From assembly GCF_036588685.1 (NCBI RefSeq), contig NC_086378.1:33852001-33916000 (forward strand): 64,000 nt of DNA. The letters run 5' to 3'. Numbering within the stretch: position 1 is the stretch's first letter; each line of letters begins with the position of its first letter. This DNA comes from Mytilus trossulus (taxonomy: Eukaryota). Made by a program: the position numbers and the translations under genes. The notes beneath the pieces are model-generated. The model searched no databases, was not told the origin of the DNA, and worked only from the letters and a program-made list of their open reading frames with translations. Below are positions 34,481 through 53,708 of this stretch, one piece after another.

Positions 34481-36072
34481 CTATTTGTGGTGATTAGTTA
34501 AATAATACTTTCCGTCTAACAGCGACTCTTTATATATCACCAACGCGGCCGTAAAAGAAGTATCACACATTTTCAGTTAACTGTTGTCTGATTGGCTTAC
34601 GTTGTTTTATTCCGGGAGGTAACTCTGTACTGCCTTAAACTGTGTACACTTTCAATCCACTTTTTCATTCTAGGTCTGAAAAATATAATAATTCATATCA
34701 GACAGTAAATTTTTAAGAAAAAACTATAATTGAACAGAAAAAAACTTTCAATCGGAATAAAAATGACTGCAGGAGACAAAAAAAGTTCCAAAATGTTGAA
34801 AAGTTTTCATTTTAAGATAGAAAAGTATGATAAATAAATGATAAATGAAAATCACTTTAGACAGTCAAAATTATAAAGATAATTATTTGCTTTCTCTGAA
34901 CAGACATTTTTATTCAATGTCAATACACATTTCAACTTAATGGAATGGAATTTAGTTGGGGAAAAAATAAACCTCACAGACATATCTAGGAATACTGGTT
35001 ATCTATTTGTCTATTTCATGTACCCAGAAATTGGATACATCACAGGATTTTACATGCTTGCAGTTTTCTACCTGTCTTTCATAACTCAACATCATCTGTC
35101 AAAGCTGTGCTTGCCATCCATCAAAGATCTGCTGCAGGTACTTCAGATCATAAATGAGAGAATGTATGAATAAAACTGTTATTGTTATTACTATTAAAGA
35201 ATATTTTTTTTAGGTATTACAGTGAAGAAAAGAGATGCCCCTGACTGCGGGTAAAACTTCTTATGTGTGCATCTTCCTTTCAATTTTATTTTTAAACGCC
35301 ATTCTATATTTATCCACAGTATGACGATGACAATTTCATCAGCCAATCCAATAAAAATGTTAATGCGCACACATGTACTTACTATTCTGAAGACATCTTT
35401 TAGCCAGAAAAGTTTATAATAAGTCTGAAAACTACTTTTTATCATATAAAAAAGCTTATAAGTGCAAGATATATGCTTACATGGACTTCCTACAGTGAAA
35501 TTTTGTGGGGACTACTTGGACCCGTACCGAAATTATATTAATTTAAATAGAAATTTCATGATTTTGTAAACTAGCAGCAAGACAAGACTCTAAAGTGGAC
35601 AAAATATATTACTACATACATGATAAAAAAATTCTTTACAATTCTGACTGAAAAAGAGCTCTAAATTTTTGATAAAAGTACCCTGTAATATCAGCTTTTC
35701 TAAAAGAAATATACAAATTAATGATTTATACAAGATATTTAAACTCTAACTTAAAAAAAAAGGTTATATTTTGGCCAGTTGGTGGTTCTCTTTCTTTGGT
35801 CTAGACTACTGGTGTAAATAATACATCAAAAGAAGACAAGAAAAAACAAGCGAAGAAAAGAAAAGAACAGAAGTACAGATAGAAACATTCATATGTTGAT
35901 CTTTTTTTATATAATGTACTATTTAATATTCTACACACAAGGACATACATGTACCATGATAAACAAACACCCCCCTTTTTTTTGTGATGAGACTTGCGTG
36001 TATATATATATCATAAAATTTATTTTTTGTCTATGTATTGCTTTGCATATAGATGGATTCAACAAGAAGAAA

Positions 36073-36108
<36 letters not shown>

Positions 36109-36227
36109 GGAAAAGAGGGGTTCAGCTATGTTTCTAATTTTCATGTACAACAATTTATAGATTCTTTTTGAAAAATATTGGTGGCCCTGAAAAGGGCCGT
36201 TATGTTTTGGTGAAAAAATCACACTTC

Positions 36228-36743
<516 letters not shown>

Positions 36744-37921
36744 TCACCACTTACATAAAGCTGGCGTTGATTGGTCCGCATATCTTAAATCTGATTGGAC
36801 TGATTTGTAAGGGACTTTGACAGTTTTCAATCCAGTTTTTACTGAAAAACTGCTCAACCCAAGCTGACAGTAAAAATGCCCCCTTTTTTCATTCAAAATT
36901 ACAGTTTCTGATCATCATCCCTCATTGCTCAACAATAGTAAATTAGTGTCACGGTTTCAATATGATAAATCTGAAGAAGAAAAAAATAATAATGAAAAAA
37001 GGTCAAAATACATGCAGAAACATTAAGGAAAGGAAAGAAAAATAAAACAGGAAAAAATAAAAATAAAATGCAGTTTGAACACTAACAAAGCGAAATAAGA
37101 AATGCAAAAACAGAAACAAATGGAATTACACATTCCCGACATGACATTGTACGGATCGGCTGAGTTTCTCTATTGTTGTATTATGTCATATTTATGTATA
37201 TTTAATATAAAAAAAGAAGATGTGGTATGATTTTCATTTGGGCTGGGCACATTTGTCACATTGTCTGATTGTCGGTGTGCTTACATCGATTCCACATCTT
37301 TAATACACAAACAATAAATAAATAAAGACAGAAAGACAGAGAGAGATGCCGAAAAAAAATGGAAAAAGGAAAAGAATGGAAAGTACATATCATATATAAA
37401 AGTGTTGACGAAAGAGATACTGTTAACAAAAACTATAAATAATTATAATAATTAAAAAACACACACCTTCTCATATGAATCTAAGCATGCTCGCATCAAT
37501 AACCAAGAGAGAGAAAGAAGAGAGCAGACTAGTATTAAATATAAATGCTATCAGTGGTTTTTTTTTTCCCCCGACAAACTTTTTATGATTTAACTGAGCT
37601 ACTAGTGGGTTCAGAGTCAGAAATTACGACAATAAATGTTCTCATGAAGAAGACTGAAAAAGTTACTAGACTTAGTGTTATGCTATAAGAACTGTACTTA
37701 AATGGGATGCGTTAGAGAGAGAAGAAAAGAAGAATGACGGAAGAAGGGACATTTATATTTTAGACATTTTTTATTTGTTATGTAGTAGAATATATTTTTT
37801 TTAATTATGTATGGGGAATAAAGTATTACTAAGATGTACAACAATTTTAGACTCTTTTTGAAAAATATTGGTGGCCCTGAAAAGGGCCGTTGTTAAGTGA
37901 GTAATCTGATATATCCACTTT

Positions 37922-38305
<384 letters not shown>

Positions 38306-38575
38306 CTATTTGGTTGATCGACACTGAGTAAAGTGATACAATTTTTCTTCAAAATTTAGCTTATATACCCACTAAACGGATTGAACGATGTTTTTATTAT
38401 ACACCAATCAGAACGAAGCTCTCTGCGGGCAGTTAGGCTACCGAACATTCAACATGTTATGGGTGCTCTCTCCGAGGTTCGCGTTCAATAAAATCTTTCA
38501 ATCCGTTTTGCCCAGTATATAAACAAATTGAAAATAATTTTTCACCATTACTTATTTGATTATCAAACCAGTAAC

Positions 38576-38950
38576 ATGCCACCCAAAGTAGGAACTAAAG
38601 GAGCCAAGAAGGCCGTCACCAAGGCAAAGACTGCCAGACCCGGCGGTGACAAGAAAAGGAGGAGGAAGAGACGTGAATCCTATGCTATCTACATCTACAA
38701 AGTCTTGAGACAAGTTCACCCCGACACCGGAGTGTCCTCAAAGGCAATGTCCATCATGAACAGCTTCGTCAACGATATCTTCGAGAGAATCGCAGCAGAG
38801 GCTTCCCGATTGGCACACTACAACAAAAGATCTACCATCACATCTCGGGAGATCCAGACCGCTGTCCGTCTTCTCTTACCCGGAGAATTGGCCAAGCACG
38901 CTGTCAGTGAAGGTACCAAAGCCGTCACTAAATACACCAGCAGCAAGTAA
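38576..38950 (+). CDS. H2B: Histone H2B (copy 7)
   Basis: Protein identical to copy 1; start set at the MPPK ATG. Confidence 0.98.
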   Translation: MPPKVGTKGAKKAVTKAKTARPGGDKKRRRKRRESYAIYIYKVLRQVHPDTGVSSKAMSIMNSFVNDIFERIAAEASRLAHYNKRSTITSREIQTAVRLLLPGELAKHAVSEGTKAVTKYTSSK

Positions 38951-39817
38951 ACAGTCTGAAGTTTATAACTTCACAAACGGCCCTTTTCAGGGCCACCAAC
39001 ATTTTTCAAAAAGAATTTACAATTGTTGTACATCATGTCAAACTTCTAAACAAAGCTATAAATCCCAACCCCCAGCTATAACTACTTTCAAACTATTTCA
39101 ATAGTATATGGTTACTTTTCTCTTCTTTCTATCTGTATAACAAATATGTGTATTTCACTCATTCTGTAGTATTTAATTTGTCAAAACTACAAAGCGTAAA
39201 TACATAAATCATGAAGAACAAAACAGTGCTTTCATTCCAATTAATAGAGTTGATAAATTTACGATTTCTTTTGCTTTTCGAGAGAGAAAAAAATATTGCG
39301 AGAATTATTTTACACGGAAACAAGAACATTACCTAATCTTAAACCACGCAAAAACTCTATAATTGAATATAACAGAATCTACAGATTTTGTGTGTAAAAG
39401 TCCGTGCATTTTGTTTTGAAATTTTCTCTCTTTATGTAGGCAAATGCACGGACTTGTTGATCTTTGAACGTATTCATAAACCTTCAGAAATATAAATTCT
39501 CAAATAAATACAAGAGTAAGAGTAAGGAAGTTAATTAAAAAGAAAGCCAGATATTTAAAAAAAAAAAGGGGGGGGGGGGGGGGGGGGGGTAATAGCGAGA
39601 GAGAGAGAGAGAGAGAGAGAAAATAGTTGCGGATCAGGATCAGGGAAAACAAGAAAACGGTTGAAAAATTCATGAACATTAGAGAAAAGAATAGAAGTGG
39701 GAGCAAGCTTTGATTTCAAGATTTTGTTTAAAACGATGTACAACAAATCTAAGATTCTTTTTGAAAAATGTTGGTGGCCCTGAAAAGGGCCGTTGTTGAT
39801 ATTAGCTGGGTGGCTGT

Positions 39818-40135
<318 letters not shown>

Positions 40136-41727
40136 CTATTTGTGGTGATTAGTTAAATAATACTTTCCGTCTAACAGCGACTCTTTATATATCACCAACG
40201 CGGCCGTAAAAGAAGTATCACACATTTTCAGTTAACTGTTGTCTGATTGGCTTACGTTGTTTTATTCCGGGAGGTAACTCTGTACTGCCTTAAACTGTGT
40301 ACACTTTCAATCCACTTTTTCATTCTAGGTCTGAAAAATATAATAATTCATATCAGACAGTAAATTTTTAAGAAAAAACTATAATTGAACAGAAAAAAAC
40401 TTTCAATCGGAATAAAAATGACTGCAGGAGACAAAAAAAGTTCCAAAATGTTGAAAAGTTTTCATTTTAAGATAGAAAAGTATGATAAATAAATGATAAA
40501 TGAAAATCACTTTAGACAGTCAAAATTATAAAGATAATTATTTGCTTTCTCTGAACAGACATTTTTATTCAATGTCAATACACATTTCAACTTAATGGAA
40601 TGGAATTTAGTTGGGGAAAAAATAAACCTCACAGACATATCTAGGAATACTGGTTATCTATTTGTCTATTTCATGTACCCAGAAATTGGATACATCACAG
40701 GATTTTACATGCTTGCAGTTTTCTACCTGTCTTTCATAACTCAACATCATCTGTCAAAGCTGTGCTTGCCATCCATCAAAGATCTGCTGCAGGTACTTCA
40801 GATCATAAATGAGAGAATGTATGAATAAAACTGTTATTGTTATTACTATTAAAGAATATTTTTTTTAGGTATTACAGTGAAGAAAAGAGATGCCCCTGAC
40901 TGCGGGTAAAACTTCTTATGTGTGCATCTTCCTTTCAATTTTATTTTTAAACGCCATTCTATATTTATCCACAGTATGACGATGACAATTTCATCAGCCA
41001 ATCCAATAAAAATGTTAATGCGCACACATGTACTTACTATTCTGAAGACATCTTTTAGCCAGAAAAGTTTATAATAAGTCTGAAAACTACTTTTTATCAT
41101 ATAAAAAAGCTTATAAGTGCAAGATATATGCTTACATGGACTTCCTACAGTGAAATTTTGTGGGGACTACTTGGACCCGTACCGAAATTATATTAATTTA
41201 AATAGAAATTTCATGATTTTGTAAACTAGCAGCAAGACAAGACTCTAAAGTGGACAAAATATATTACTACATACATGATAAAAAAATTCTTTACAATTCT
41301 GACTGAAAAAGAGCTCTAAATTTTTGATAAAAGTACCCTGTAATATCAGCTTTTCTAAAAGAAATATACAAATTAATGATTTATACAAGATATTTAAACT
41401 CTAACTTAAAAAAAAAGGTTATATTTTGGCCAGTTGGTGGTTCTCTTTCTTTGGTCTAGACTACTGGTGTAAATAATACATCAAAAGAAGACAAGAAAAA
41501 ACAAGCGAAGAAAAGAAAAGAACAGAAGTACAGATAGAAACATTCATATGTTGATCTTTTTTTATATAATGTACTATTTAATATTCTACACACAAGGACA
41601 TACATGTACCATGATAAACAAACACCCCCCTTTTTTTTGTGATGAGACTTGCGTGTATATATATATCATAAAATTTATTTTTTGTCTATGTATTGCTTTG
41701 CATATAGATGGATTCAACAAGAAGAAA

Positions 41728-41763
<36 letters not shown>

Positions 41764-41882
41764 GGAAAAGAGGGGTTCAGCTATGTTTCTAATTTTCATG
41801 TACAACAATTTATAGATTCTTTTTGAAAAATATTGGTGGCCCTGAAAAGGGCCGTTATGTTTTGGTGAAAAAATCACACTTC

Positions 41883-42398
<516 letters not shown>

Positions 42399-43576
42399 TC
42401 ACCACTTACATAAAGCTGGCGTTGATTGGTCCGCATATCTTAAATCTGATTGGACTGATTTGTAAGGGACTTTGACAGTTTTCAATCCAGTTTTTACTGA
42501 AAAACTGCTCAACCCAAGCTGACAGTAAAAATGCCCCCTTTTTTCATTCAAAATTACAGTTTCTGATCATCATCCCTCATTGCTCAACAATAGTAAATTA
42601 GTGTCACGGTTTCAATATGATAAATCTGAAGAAGAAAAAAATAATAATGAAAAAAGGTCAAAATACATGCAGAAACATTAAGGAAAGGAAAGAAAAATAA
42701 AACAGGAAAAAATAAAAATAAAATGCAGTTTGAACACTAACAAAGCGAAATAAGAAATGCAAAAACAGAAACAAATGGAATTACACATTCCCGACATGAC
42801 ATTGTACGGATCGGCTGAGTTTCTCTATTGTTGTATTATGTCATATTTATGTATATTTAATATAAAAAAAGAAGATGTGGTATGATTTTCATTTGGGCTG
42901 GGCACATTTGTCACATTGTCTGATTGTCGGTGTGCTTACATCGATTCCACATCTTTAATACACAAACAATAAATAAATAAAGACAGAAAGACAGAGAGAG
43001 ATGCCGAAAAAAAATGGAAAAAGGAAAAGAATGGAAAGTACATATCATATATAAAAGTGTTGACGAAAGAGATACTGTTAACAAAAACTATAAATAATTA
43101 TAATAATTAAAAAACACACACCTTCTCATATGAATCTAAGCATGCTCGCATCAATAACCAAGAGAGAGAAAGAAGAGAGCAGACTAGTATTAAATATAAA
43201 TGCTATCAGTGGTTTTTTTTTTCCCCCGACAAACTTTTTATGATTTAACTGAGCTACTAGTGGGTTCAGAGTCAGAAATTACGACAATAAATGTTCTCAT
43301 GAAGAAGACTGAAAAAGTTACTAGACTTAGTGTTATGCTATAAGAACTGTACTTAAATGGGATGCGTTAGAGAGAGAAGAAAAGAAGAATGACGGAAGAA
43401 GGGACATTTATATTTTAGACATTTTTTATTTGTTATGTAGTAGAATATATTTTTTTTAATTATGTATGGGGAATAAAGTATTACTAAGATGTACAACAAT
43501 TTTAGACTCTTTTTGAAAAATATTGGTGGCCCTGAAAAGGGCCGTTGTTAAGTGAGTAATCTGATATATCCACTTT

Positions 43577-43960
<384 letters not shown>

Positions 43961-44230
43961 CTATTTGGTTGATCGACACTGAGTAAAGTGATACAATTTT
44001 TCTTCAAAATTTAGCTTATATACCCACTAAACGGATTGAACGATGTTTTTATTATACACCAATCAGAACGAAGCTCTCTGCGGGCAGTTAGGCTACCGAA
44101 CATTCAACATGTTATGGGTGCTCTCTCCGAGGTTCGCGTTCAATAAAATCTTTCAATCCGTTTTGCCCAGTATATAAACAAATTGAAAATAATTTTTCAC
44201 CATTACTTATTTGATTATCAAACCAGTAAC

Positions 44231-44605
44231 ATGCCACCCAAAGTAGGAACTAAAGGAGCCAAGAAGGCCGTCACCAAGGCAAAGACTGCCAGACCCGGCG
44301 GTGACAAGAAAAGGAGGAGGAAGAGACGTGAATCCTATGCTATCTACATCTACAAAGTCTTGAGACAAGTTCACCCCGACACCGGAGTGTCCTCAAAGGC
44401 AATGTCCATCATGAACAGCTTCGTCAACGATATCTTCGAGAGAATCGCAGCAGAGGCTTCCCGATTGGCACACTACAACAAAAGATCTACCATCACATCT
44501 CGGGAGATCCAGACCGCTGTCCGTCTTCTCTTACCCGGAGAATTGGCCAAGCACGCTGTCAGTGAAGGTACCAAAGCCGTCACTAAATACACCAGCAGCA
44601 AGTAA
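44231..44605 (+). CDS. H2B: Histone H2B (copy 8)
   Basis: Protein identical to copy 1; start set at the MPPK ATG. Confidence 0.98.
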   Translation: MPPKVGTKGAKKAVTKAKTARPGGDKKRRRKRRESYAIYIYKVLRQVHPDTGVSSKAMSIMNSFVNDIFERIAAEASRLAHYNKRSTITSREIQTAVRLLLPGELAKHAVSEGTKAVTKYTSSK

Positions 44606-45472
44606 ACAGTCTGAAGTTTATAACTTCACAAACGGCCCTTTTCAGGGCCACCAACATTTTTCAAAAAGAATTTACAATTGTTGTACATCATGTCAAACTT
44701 CTAAACAAAGCTATAAATCCCAACCCCCAGCTATAACTACTTTCAAACTATTTCAATAGTATATGGTTACTTTTCTCTTCTTTCTATCTGTATAACAAAT
44801 ATGTGTATTTCACTCATTCTGTAGTATTTAATTTGTCAAAACTACAAAGCGTAAATACATAAATCATGAAGAACAAAACAGTGCTTTCATTCCAATTAAT
44901 AGAGTTGATAAATTTACGATTTCTTTTGCTTTTCGAGAGAGAAAAAAATATTGCGAGAATTATTTTACACGGAAACAAGAACATTACCTAATCTTAAACC
45001 ACGCAAAAACTCTATAATTGAATATAACAGAATCTACAGATTTTGTGTGTAAAAGTCCGTGCATTTTGTTTTGAAATTTTCTCTCTTTATGTAGGCAAAT
45101 GCACGGACTTGTTGATCTTTGAACGTATTCATAAACCTTCAGAAATATAAATTCTCAAATAAATACAAGAGTAAGAGTAAGGAAGTTAATTAAAAAGAAA
45201 GCCAGATATTTAAAAAAAAAAAGGGGGGGGGGGGGGGGGGGGGGTAATAGCGAGAGAGAGAGAGAGAGAGAGAGAAAATAGTTGCGGATCAGGATCAGGG
45301 AAAACAAGAAAACGGTTGAAAAATTCATGAACATTAGAGAAAAGAATAGAAGTGGGAGCAAGCTTTGATTTCAAGATTTTGTTTAAAACGATGTACAACA
45401 AATCTAAGATTCTTTTTGAAAAATGTTGGTGGCCCTGAAAAGGGCCGTTGTTGATATTAGCTGGGTGGCTGT

Positions 45473-45790
<318 letters not shown>

Positions 45791-47382
45791 CTATTTGTGG
45801 TGATTAGTTAAATAATACTTTCCGTCTAACAGCGACTCTTTATATATCACCAACGCGGCCGTAAAAGAAGTATCACACATTTTCAGTTAACTGTTGTCTG
45901 ATTGGCTTACGTTGTTTTATTCCGGGAGGTAACTCTGTACTGCCTTAAACTGTGTACACTTTCAATCCACTTTTTCATTCTAGGTCTGAAAAATATAATA
46001 ATTCATATCAGACAGTAAATTTTTAAGAAAAAACTATAATTGAACAGAAAAAAACTTTCAATCGGAATAAAAATGACTGCAGGAGACAAAAAAAGTTCCA
46101 AAATGTTGAAAAGTTTTCATTTTAAGATAGAAAAGTATGATAAATAAATGATAAATGAAAATCACTTTAGACAGTCAAAATTATAAAGATAATTATTTGC
46201 TTTCTCTGAACAGACATTTTTATTCAATGTCAATACACATTTCAACTTAATGGAATGGAATTTAGTTGGGGAAAAAATAAACCTCACAGACATATCTAGG
46301 AATACTGGTTATCTATTTGTCTATTTCATGTACCCAGAAATTGGATACATCACAGGATTTTACATGCTTGCAGTTTTCTACCTGTCTTTCATAACTCAAC
46401 ATCATCTGTCAAAGCTGTGCTTGCCATCCATCAAAGATCTGCTGCAGGTACTTCAGATCATAAATGAGAGAATGTATGAATAAAACTGTTATTGTTATTA
46501 CTATTAAAGAATATTTTTTTTAGGTATTACAGTGAAGAAAAGAGATGCCCCTGACTGCGGGTAAAACTTCTTATGTGTGCATCTTCCTTTCAATTTTATT
46601 TTTAAACGCCATTCTATATTTATCCACAGTATGACGATGACAATTTCATCAGCCAATCCAATAAAAATGTTAATGCGCACACATGTACTTACTATTCTGA
46701 AGACATCTTTTAGCCAGAAAAGTTTATAATAAGTCTGAAAACTACTTTTTATCATATAAAAAAGCTTATAAGTGCAAGATATATGCTTACATGGACTTCC
46801 TACAGTGAAATTTTGTGGGGACTACTTGGACCCGTACCGAAATTATATTAATTTAAATAGAAATTTCATGATTTTGTAAACTAGCAGCAAGACAAGACTC
46901 TAAAGTGGACAAAATATATTACTACATACATGATAAAAAAATTCTTTACAATTCTGACTGAAAAAGAGCTCTAAATTTTTGATAAAAGTACCCTGTAATA
47001 TCAGCTTTTCTAAAAGAAATATACAAATTAATGATTTATACAAGATATTTAAACTCTAACTTAAAAAAAAAGGTTATATTTTGGCCAGTTGGTGGTTCTC
47101 TTTCTTTGGTCTAGACTACTGGTGTAAATAATACATCAAAAGAAGACAAGAAAAAACAAGCGAAGAAAAGAAAAGAACAGAAGTACAGATAGAAACATTC
47201 ATATGTTGATCTTTTTTTATATAATGTACTATTTAATATTCTACACACAAGGACATACATGTACCATGATAAACAAACACCCCCCTTTTTTTTGTGATGA
47301 GACTTGCGTGTATATATATATCATAAAATTTATTTTTTGTCTATGTATTGCTTTGCATATAGATGGATTCAACAAGAAGAAA

Positions 47383-47420
<38 letters not shown>

Positions 47421-47539
47421 GGAAAAGAGGGGTTCAGCTATGTTTCTAATTTTCATGTACAACAATTTATAGATTCTTTTTGAAAAATATTGGTGGCCCT
47501 GAAAAGGGCCGTTATGTTTTGGTGAAAAAATCACACTTC

Positions 47540-48055
<516 letters not shown>

Positions 48056-49233
48056 TCACCACTTACATAAAGCTGGCGTTGATTGGTCCGCATATCTTAA
48101 ATCTGATTGGACTGATTTGTAAGGGACTTTGACAGTTTTCAATCCAGTTTTTACTGAAAAACTGCTCAACCCAAGCTGACAGTAAAAATGCCCCCTTTTT
48201 TCATTCAAAATTACAGTTTCTGATCATCATCCCTCATTGCTCAACAATAGTAAATTAGTGTCACGGTTTCAATATGATAAATCTGAAGAAGAAAAAAATA
48301 ATAATGAAAAAAGGTCAAAATACATGCAGAAACATTAAGGAAAGGAAAGAAAAATAAAACAGGAAAAAATAAAAATAAAATGCAGTTTGAACACTAACAA
48401 AGCGAAATAAGAAATGCAAAAACAGAAACAAATGGAATTACACATTCCCGACATGACATTGTACGGATCGGCTGAGTTTCTCTATTGTTGTATTATGTCA
48501 TATTTATGTATATTTAATATAAAAAAAGAAGATGTGGTATGATTTTCATTTGGGCTGGGCACATTTGTCACATTGTCTGATTGTCGGTGTGCTTACATCG
48601 ATTCCACATCTTTAATACACAAACAATAAATAAATAAAGACAGAAAGACAGAGAGAGATGCCGAAAAAAAATGGAAAAAGGAAAAGAATGGAAAGTACAT
48701 ATCATATATAAAAGTGTTGACGAAAGAGATACTGTTAACAAAAACTATAAATAATTATAATAATTAAAAAACACACACCTTCTCATATGAATCTAAGCAT
48801 GCTCGCATCAATAACCAAGAGAGAGAAAGAAGAGAGCAGACTAGTATTAAATATAAATGCTATCAGTGGTTTTTTTTTTCCCCCGACAAACTTTTTATGA
48901 TTTAACTGAGCTACTAGTGGGTTCAGAGTCAGAAATTACGACAATAAATGTTCTCATGAAGAAGACTGAAAAAGTTACTAGACTTAGTGTTATGCTATAA
49001 GAACTGTACTTAAATGGGATGCGTTAGAGAGAGAAGAAAAGAAGAATGACGGAAGAAGGGACATTTATATTTTAGACATTTTTTATTTGTTATGTAGTAG
49101 AATATATTTTTTTTAATTATGTATGGGGAATAAAGTATTACTAAGATGTACAACAATTTTAGACTCTTTTTGAAAAATATTGGTGGCCCTGAAAAGGGCC
49201 GTTGTTAAGTGAGTAATCTGATATATCCACTTT

Positions 49234-49617
<384 letters not shown>

Positions 49618-49887
49618 CTATTTGGTTGATCGACACTGAGTAAAGTGATACAATTTTTCTTCAAAATTTAGCTTATATACCCACTAAACGGATTGAACGA
49701 TGTTTTTATTATACACCAATCAGAACGAAGCTCTCTGCGGGCAGTTAGGCTACCGAACATTCAACATGTTATGGGTGCTCTCTCCGAGGTTCGCGTTCAA
49801 TAAAATCTTTCAATCCGTTTTGCCCAGTATATAAACAAATTGAAAATAATTTTTCACCATTACTTATTTGATTATCAAACCAGTAAC

Positions 49888-50262
49888 ATGCCACCCAAAG
49901 TAGGAACTAAAGGAGCCAAGAAGGCCGTCACCAAGGCAAAGACTGCCAGACCCGGCGGTGACAAGAAAAGGAGGAGGAAGAGACGTGAATCCTATGCTAT
50001 CTACATCTACAAAGTCTTGAGACAAGTTCACCCCGACACCGGAGTGTCCTCAAAGGCAATGTCCATCATGAACAGCTTCGTCAACGATATCTTCGAGAGA
50101 ATCGCAGCAGAGGCTTCCCGATTGGCACACTACAACAAAAGATCTACCATCACATCTCGGGAGATCCAGACCGCTGTCCGTCTTCTCTTACCCGGAGAAT
50201 TGGCCAAGCACGCTGTCAGTGAAGGTACCAAAGCCGTCACTAAATACACCAGCAGCAAGTAA
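49888..50262 (+). CDS. H2B: Histone H2B (copy 9)
   Basis: Protein identical to copy 1; start set at the MPPK ATG. Confidence 0.98.
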   Translation: MPPKVGTKGAKKAVTKAKTARPGGDKKRRRKRRESYAIYIYKVLRQVHPDTGVSSKAMSIMNSFVNDIFERIAAEASRLAHYNKRSTITSREIQTAVRLLLPGELAKHAVSEGTKAVTKYTSSK

Positions 50263-51129
50263 ACAGTCTGAAGTTTATAACTTCACAAACGGCCCTTTTC
50301 AGGGCCACCAACATTTTTCAAAAAGAATTTACAATTGTTGTACATCATGTCAAACTTCTAAACAAAGCTATAAATCCCAACCCCCAGCTATAACTACTTT
50401 CAAACTATTTCAATAGTATATGGTTACTTTTCTCTTCTTTCTATCTGTATAACAAATATGTGTATTTCACTCATTCTGTAGTATTTAATTTGTCAAAACT
50501 ACAAAGCGTAAATACATAAATCATGAAGAACAAAACAGTGCTTTCATTCCAATTAATAGAGTTGATAAATTTACGATTTCTTTTGCTTTTCGAGAGAGAA
50601 AAAAATATTGCGAGAATTATTTTACACGGAAACAAGAACATTACCTAATCTTAAACCACGCAAAAACTCTATAATTGAATATAACAGAATCTACAGATTT
50701 TGTGTGTAAAAGTCCGTGCATTTTGTTTTGAAATTTTCTCTCTTTATGTAGGCAAATGCACGGACTTGTTGATCTTTGAACGTATTCATAAACCTTCAGA
50801 AATATAAATTCTCAAATAAATACAAGAGTAAGAGTAAGGAAGTTAATTAAAAAGAAAGCCAGATATTTAAAAAAAAAAAGGGGGGGGGGGGGGGGGGGGG
50901 GTAATAGCGAGAGAGAGAGAGAGAGAGAGAGAAAATAGTTGCGGATCAGGATCAGGGAAAACAAGAAAACGGTTGAAAAATTCATGAACATTAGAGAAAA
51001 GAATAGAAGTGGGAGCAAGCTTTGATTTCAAGATTTTGTTTAAAACGATGTACAACAAATCTAAGATTCTTTTTGAAAAATGTTGGTGGCCCTGAAAAGG
51101 GCCGTTGTTGATATTAGCTGGGTGGCTGT

Positions 51130-51447
<318 letters not shown>

Positions 51448-53039
51448 CTATTTGTGGTGATTAGTTAAATAATACTTTCCGTCTAACAGCGACTCTTTAT
51501 ATATCACCAACGCGGCCGTAAAAGAAGTATCACACATTTTCAGTTAACTGTTGTCTGATTGGCTTACGTTGTTTTATTCCGGGAGGTAACTCTGTACTGC
51601 CTTAAACTGTGTACACTTTCAATCCACTTTTTCATTCTAGGTCTGAAAAATATAATAATTCATATCAGACAGTAAATTTTTAAGAAAAAACTATAATTGA
51701 ACAGAAAAAAACTTTCAATCGGAATAAAAATGACTGCAGGAGACAAAAAAAGTTCCAAAATGTTGAAAAGTTTTCATTTTAAGATAGAAAAGTATGATAA
51801 ATAAATGATAAATGAAAATCACTTTAGACAGTCAAAATTATAAAGATAATTATTTGCTTTCTCTGAACAGACATTTTTATTCAATGTCAATACACATTTC
51901 AACTTAATGGAATGGAATTTAGTTGGGGAAAAAATAAACCTCACAGACATATCTAGGAATACTGGTTATCTATTTGTCTATTTCATGTACCCAGAAATTG
52001 GATACATCACAGGATTTTACATGCTTGCAGTTTTCTACCTGTCTTTCATAACTCAACATCATCTGTCAAAGCTGTGCTTGCCATCCATCAAAGATCTGCT
52101 GCAGGTACTTCAGATCATAAATGAGAGAATGTATGAATAAAACTGTTATTGTTATTACTATTAAAGAATATTTTTTTTAGGTATTACAGTGAAGAAAAGA
52201 GATGCCCCTGACTGCGGGTAAAACTTCTTATGTGTGCATCTTCCTTTCAATTTTATTTTTAAACGCCATTCTATATTTATCCACAGTATGACGATGACAA
52301 TTTCATCAGCCAATCCAATAAAAATGTTAATGCGCACACATGTACTTACTATTCTGAAGACATCTTTTAGCCAGAAAAGTTTATAATAAGTCTGAAAACT
52401 ACTTTTTATCATATAAAAAAGCTTATAAGTGCAAGATATATGCTTACATGGACTTCCTACAGTGAAATTTTGTGGGGACTACTTGGACCCGTACCGAAAT
52501 TATATTAATTTAAATAGAAATTTCATGATTTTGTAAACTAGCAGCAAGACAAGACTCTAAAGTGGACAAAATATATTACTACATACATGATAAAAAAATT
52601 CTTTACAATTCTGACTGAAAAAGAGCTCTAAATTTTTGATAAAAGTACCCTGTAATATCAGCTTTTCTAAAAGAAATATACAAATTAATGATTTATACAA
52701 GATATTTAAACTCTAACTTAAAAAAAAAGGTTATATTTTGGCCAGTTGGTGGTTCTCTTTCTTTGGTCTAGACTACTGGTGTAAATAATACATCAAAAGA
52801 AGACAAGAAAAAACAAGCGAAGAAAAGAAAAGAACAGAAGTACAGATAGAAACATTCATATGTTGATCTTTTTTTATATAATGTACTATTTAATATTCTA
52901 CACACAAGGACATACATGTACCATGATAAACAAACACCCCCCTTTTTTTTGTGATGAGACTTGCGTGTATATATATATCATAAAATTTATTTTTTGTCTA
53001 TGTATTGCTTTGCATATAGATGGATTCAACAAGAAGAAA

Positions 53040-53070
<31 letters not shown>

Positions 53071-53192
53071 TGGGGAAAAGAGGGGTTCAGCTATGTTTCT
53101 AATTTTCATGTACAACAATTTATAGATTCTTTTTGAAAAATATTGGTGGCCCTGAAAAGGGCCGTTATGTTTTGGTGAAAAAATCACACTTC

Positions 53193-53708
<516 letters not shown>
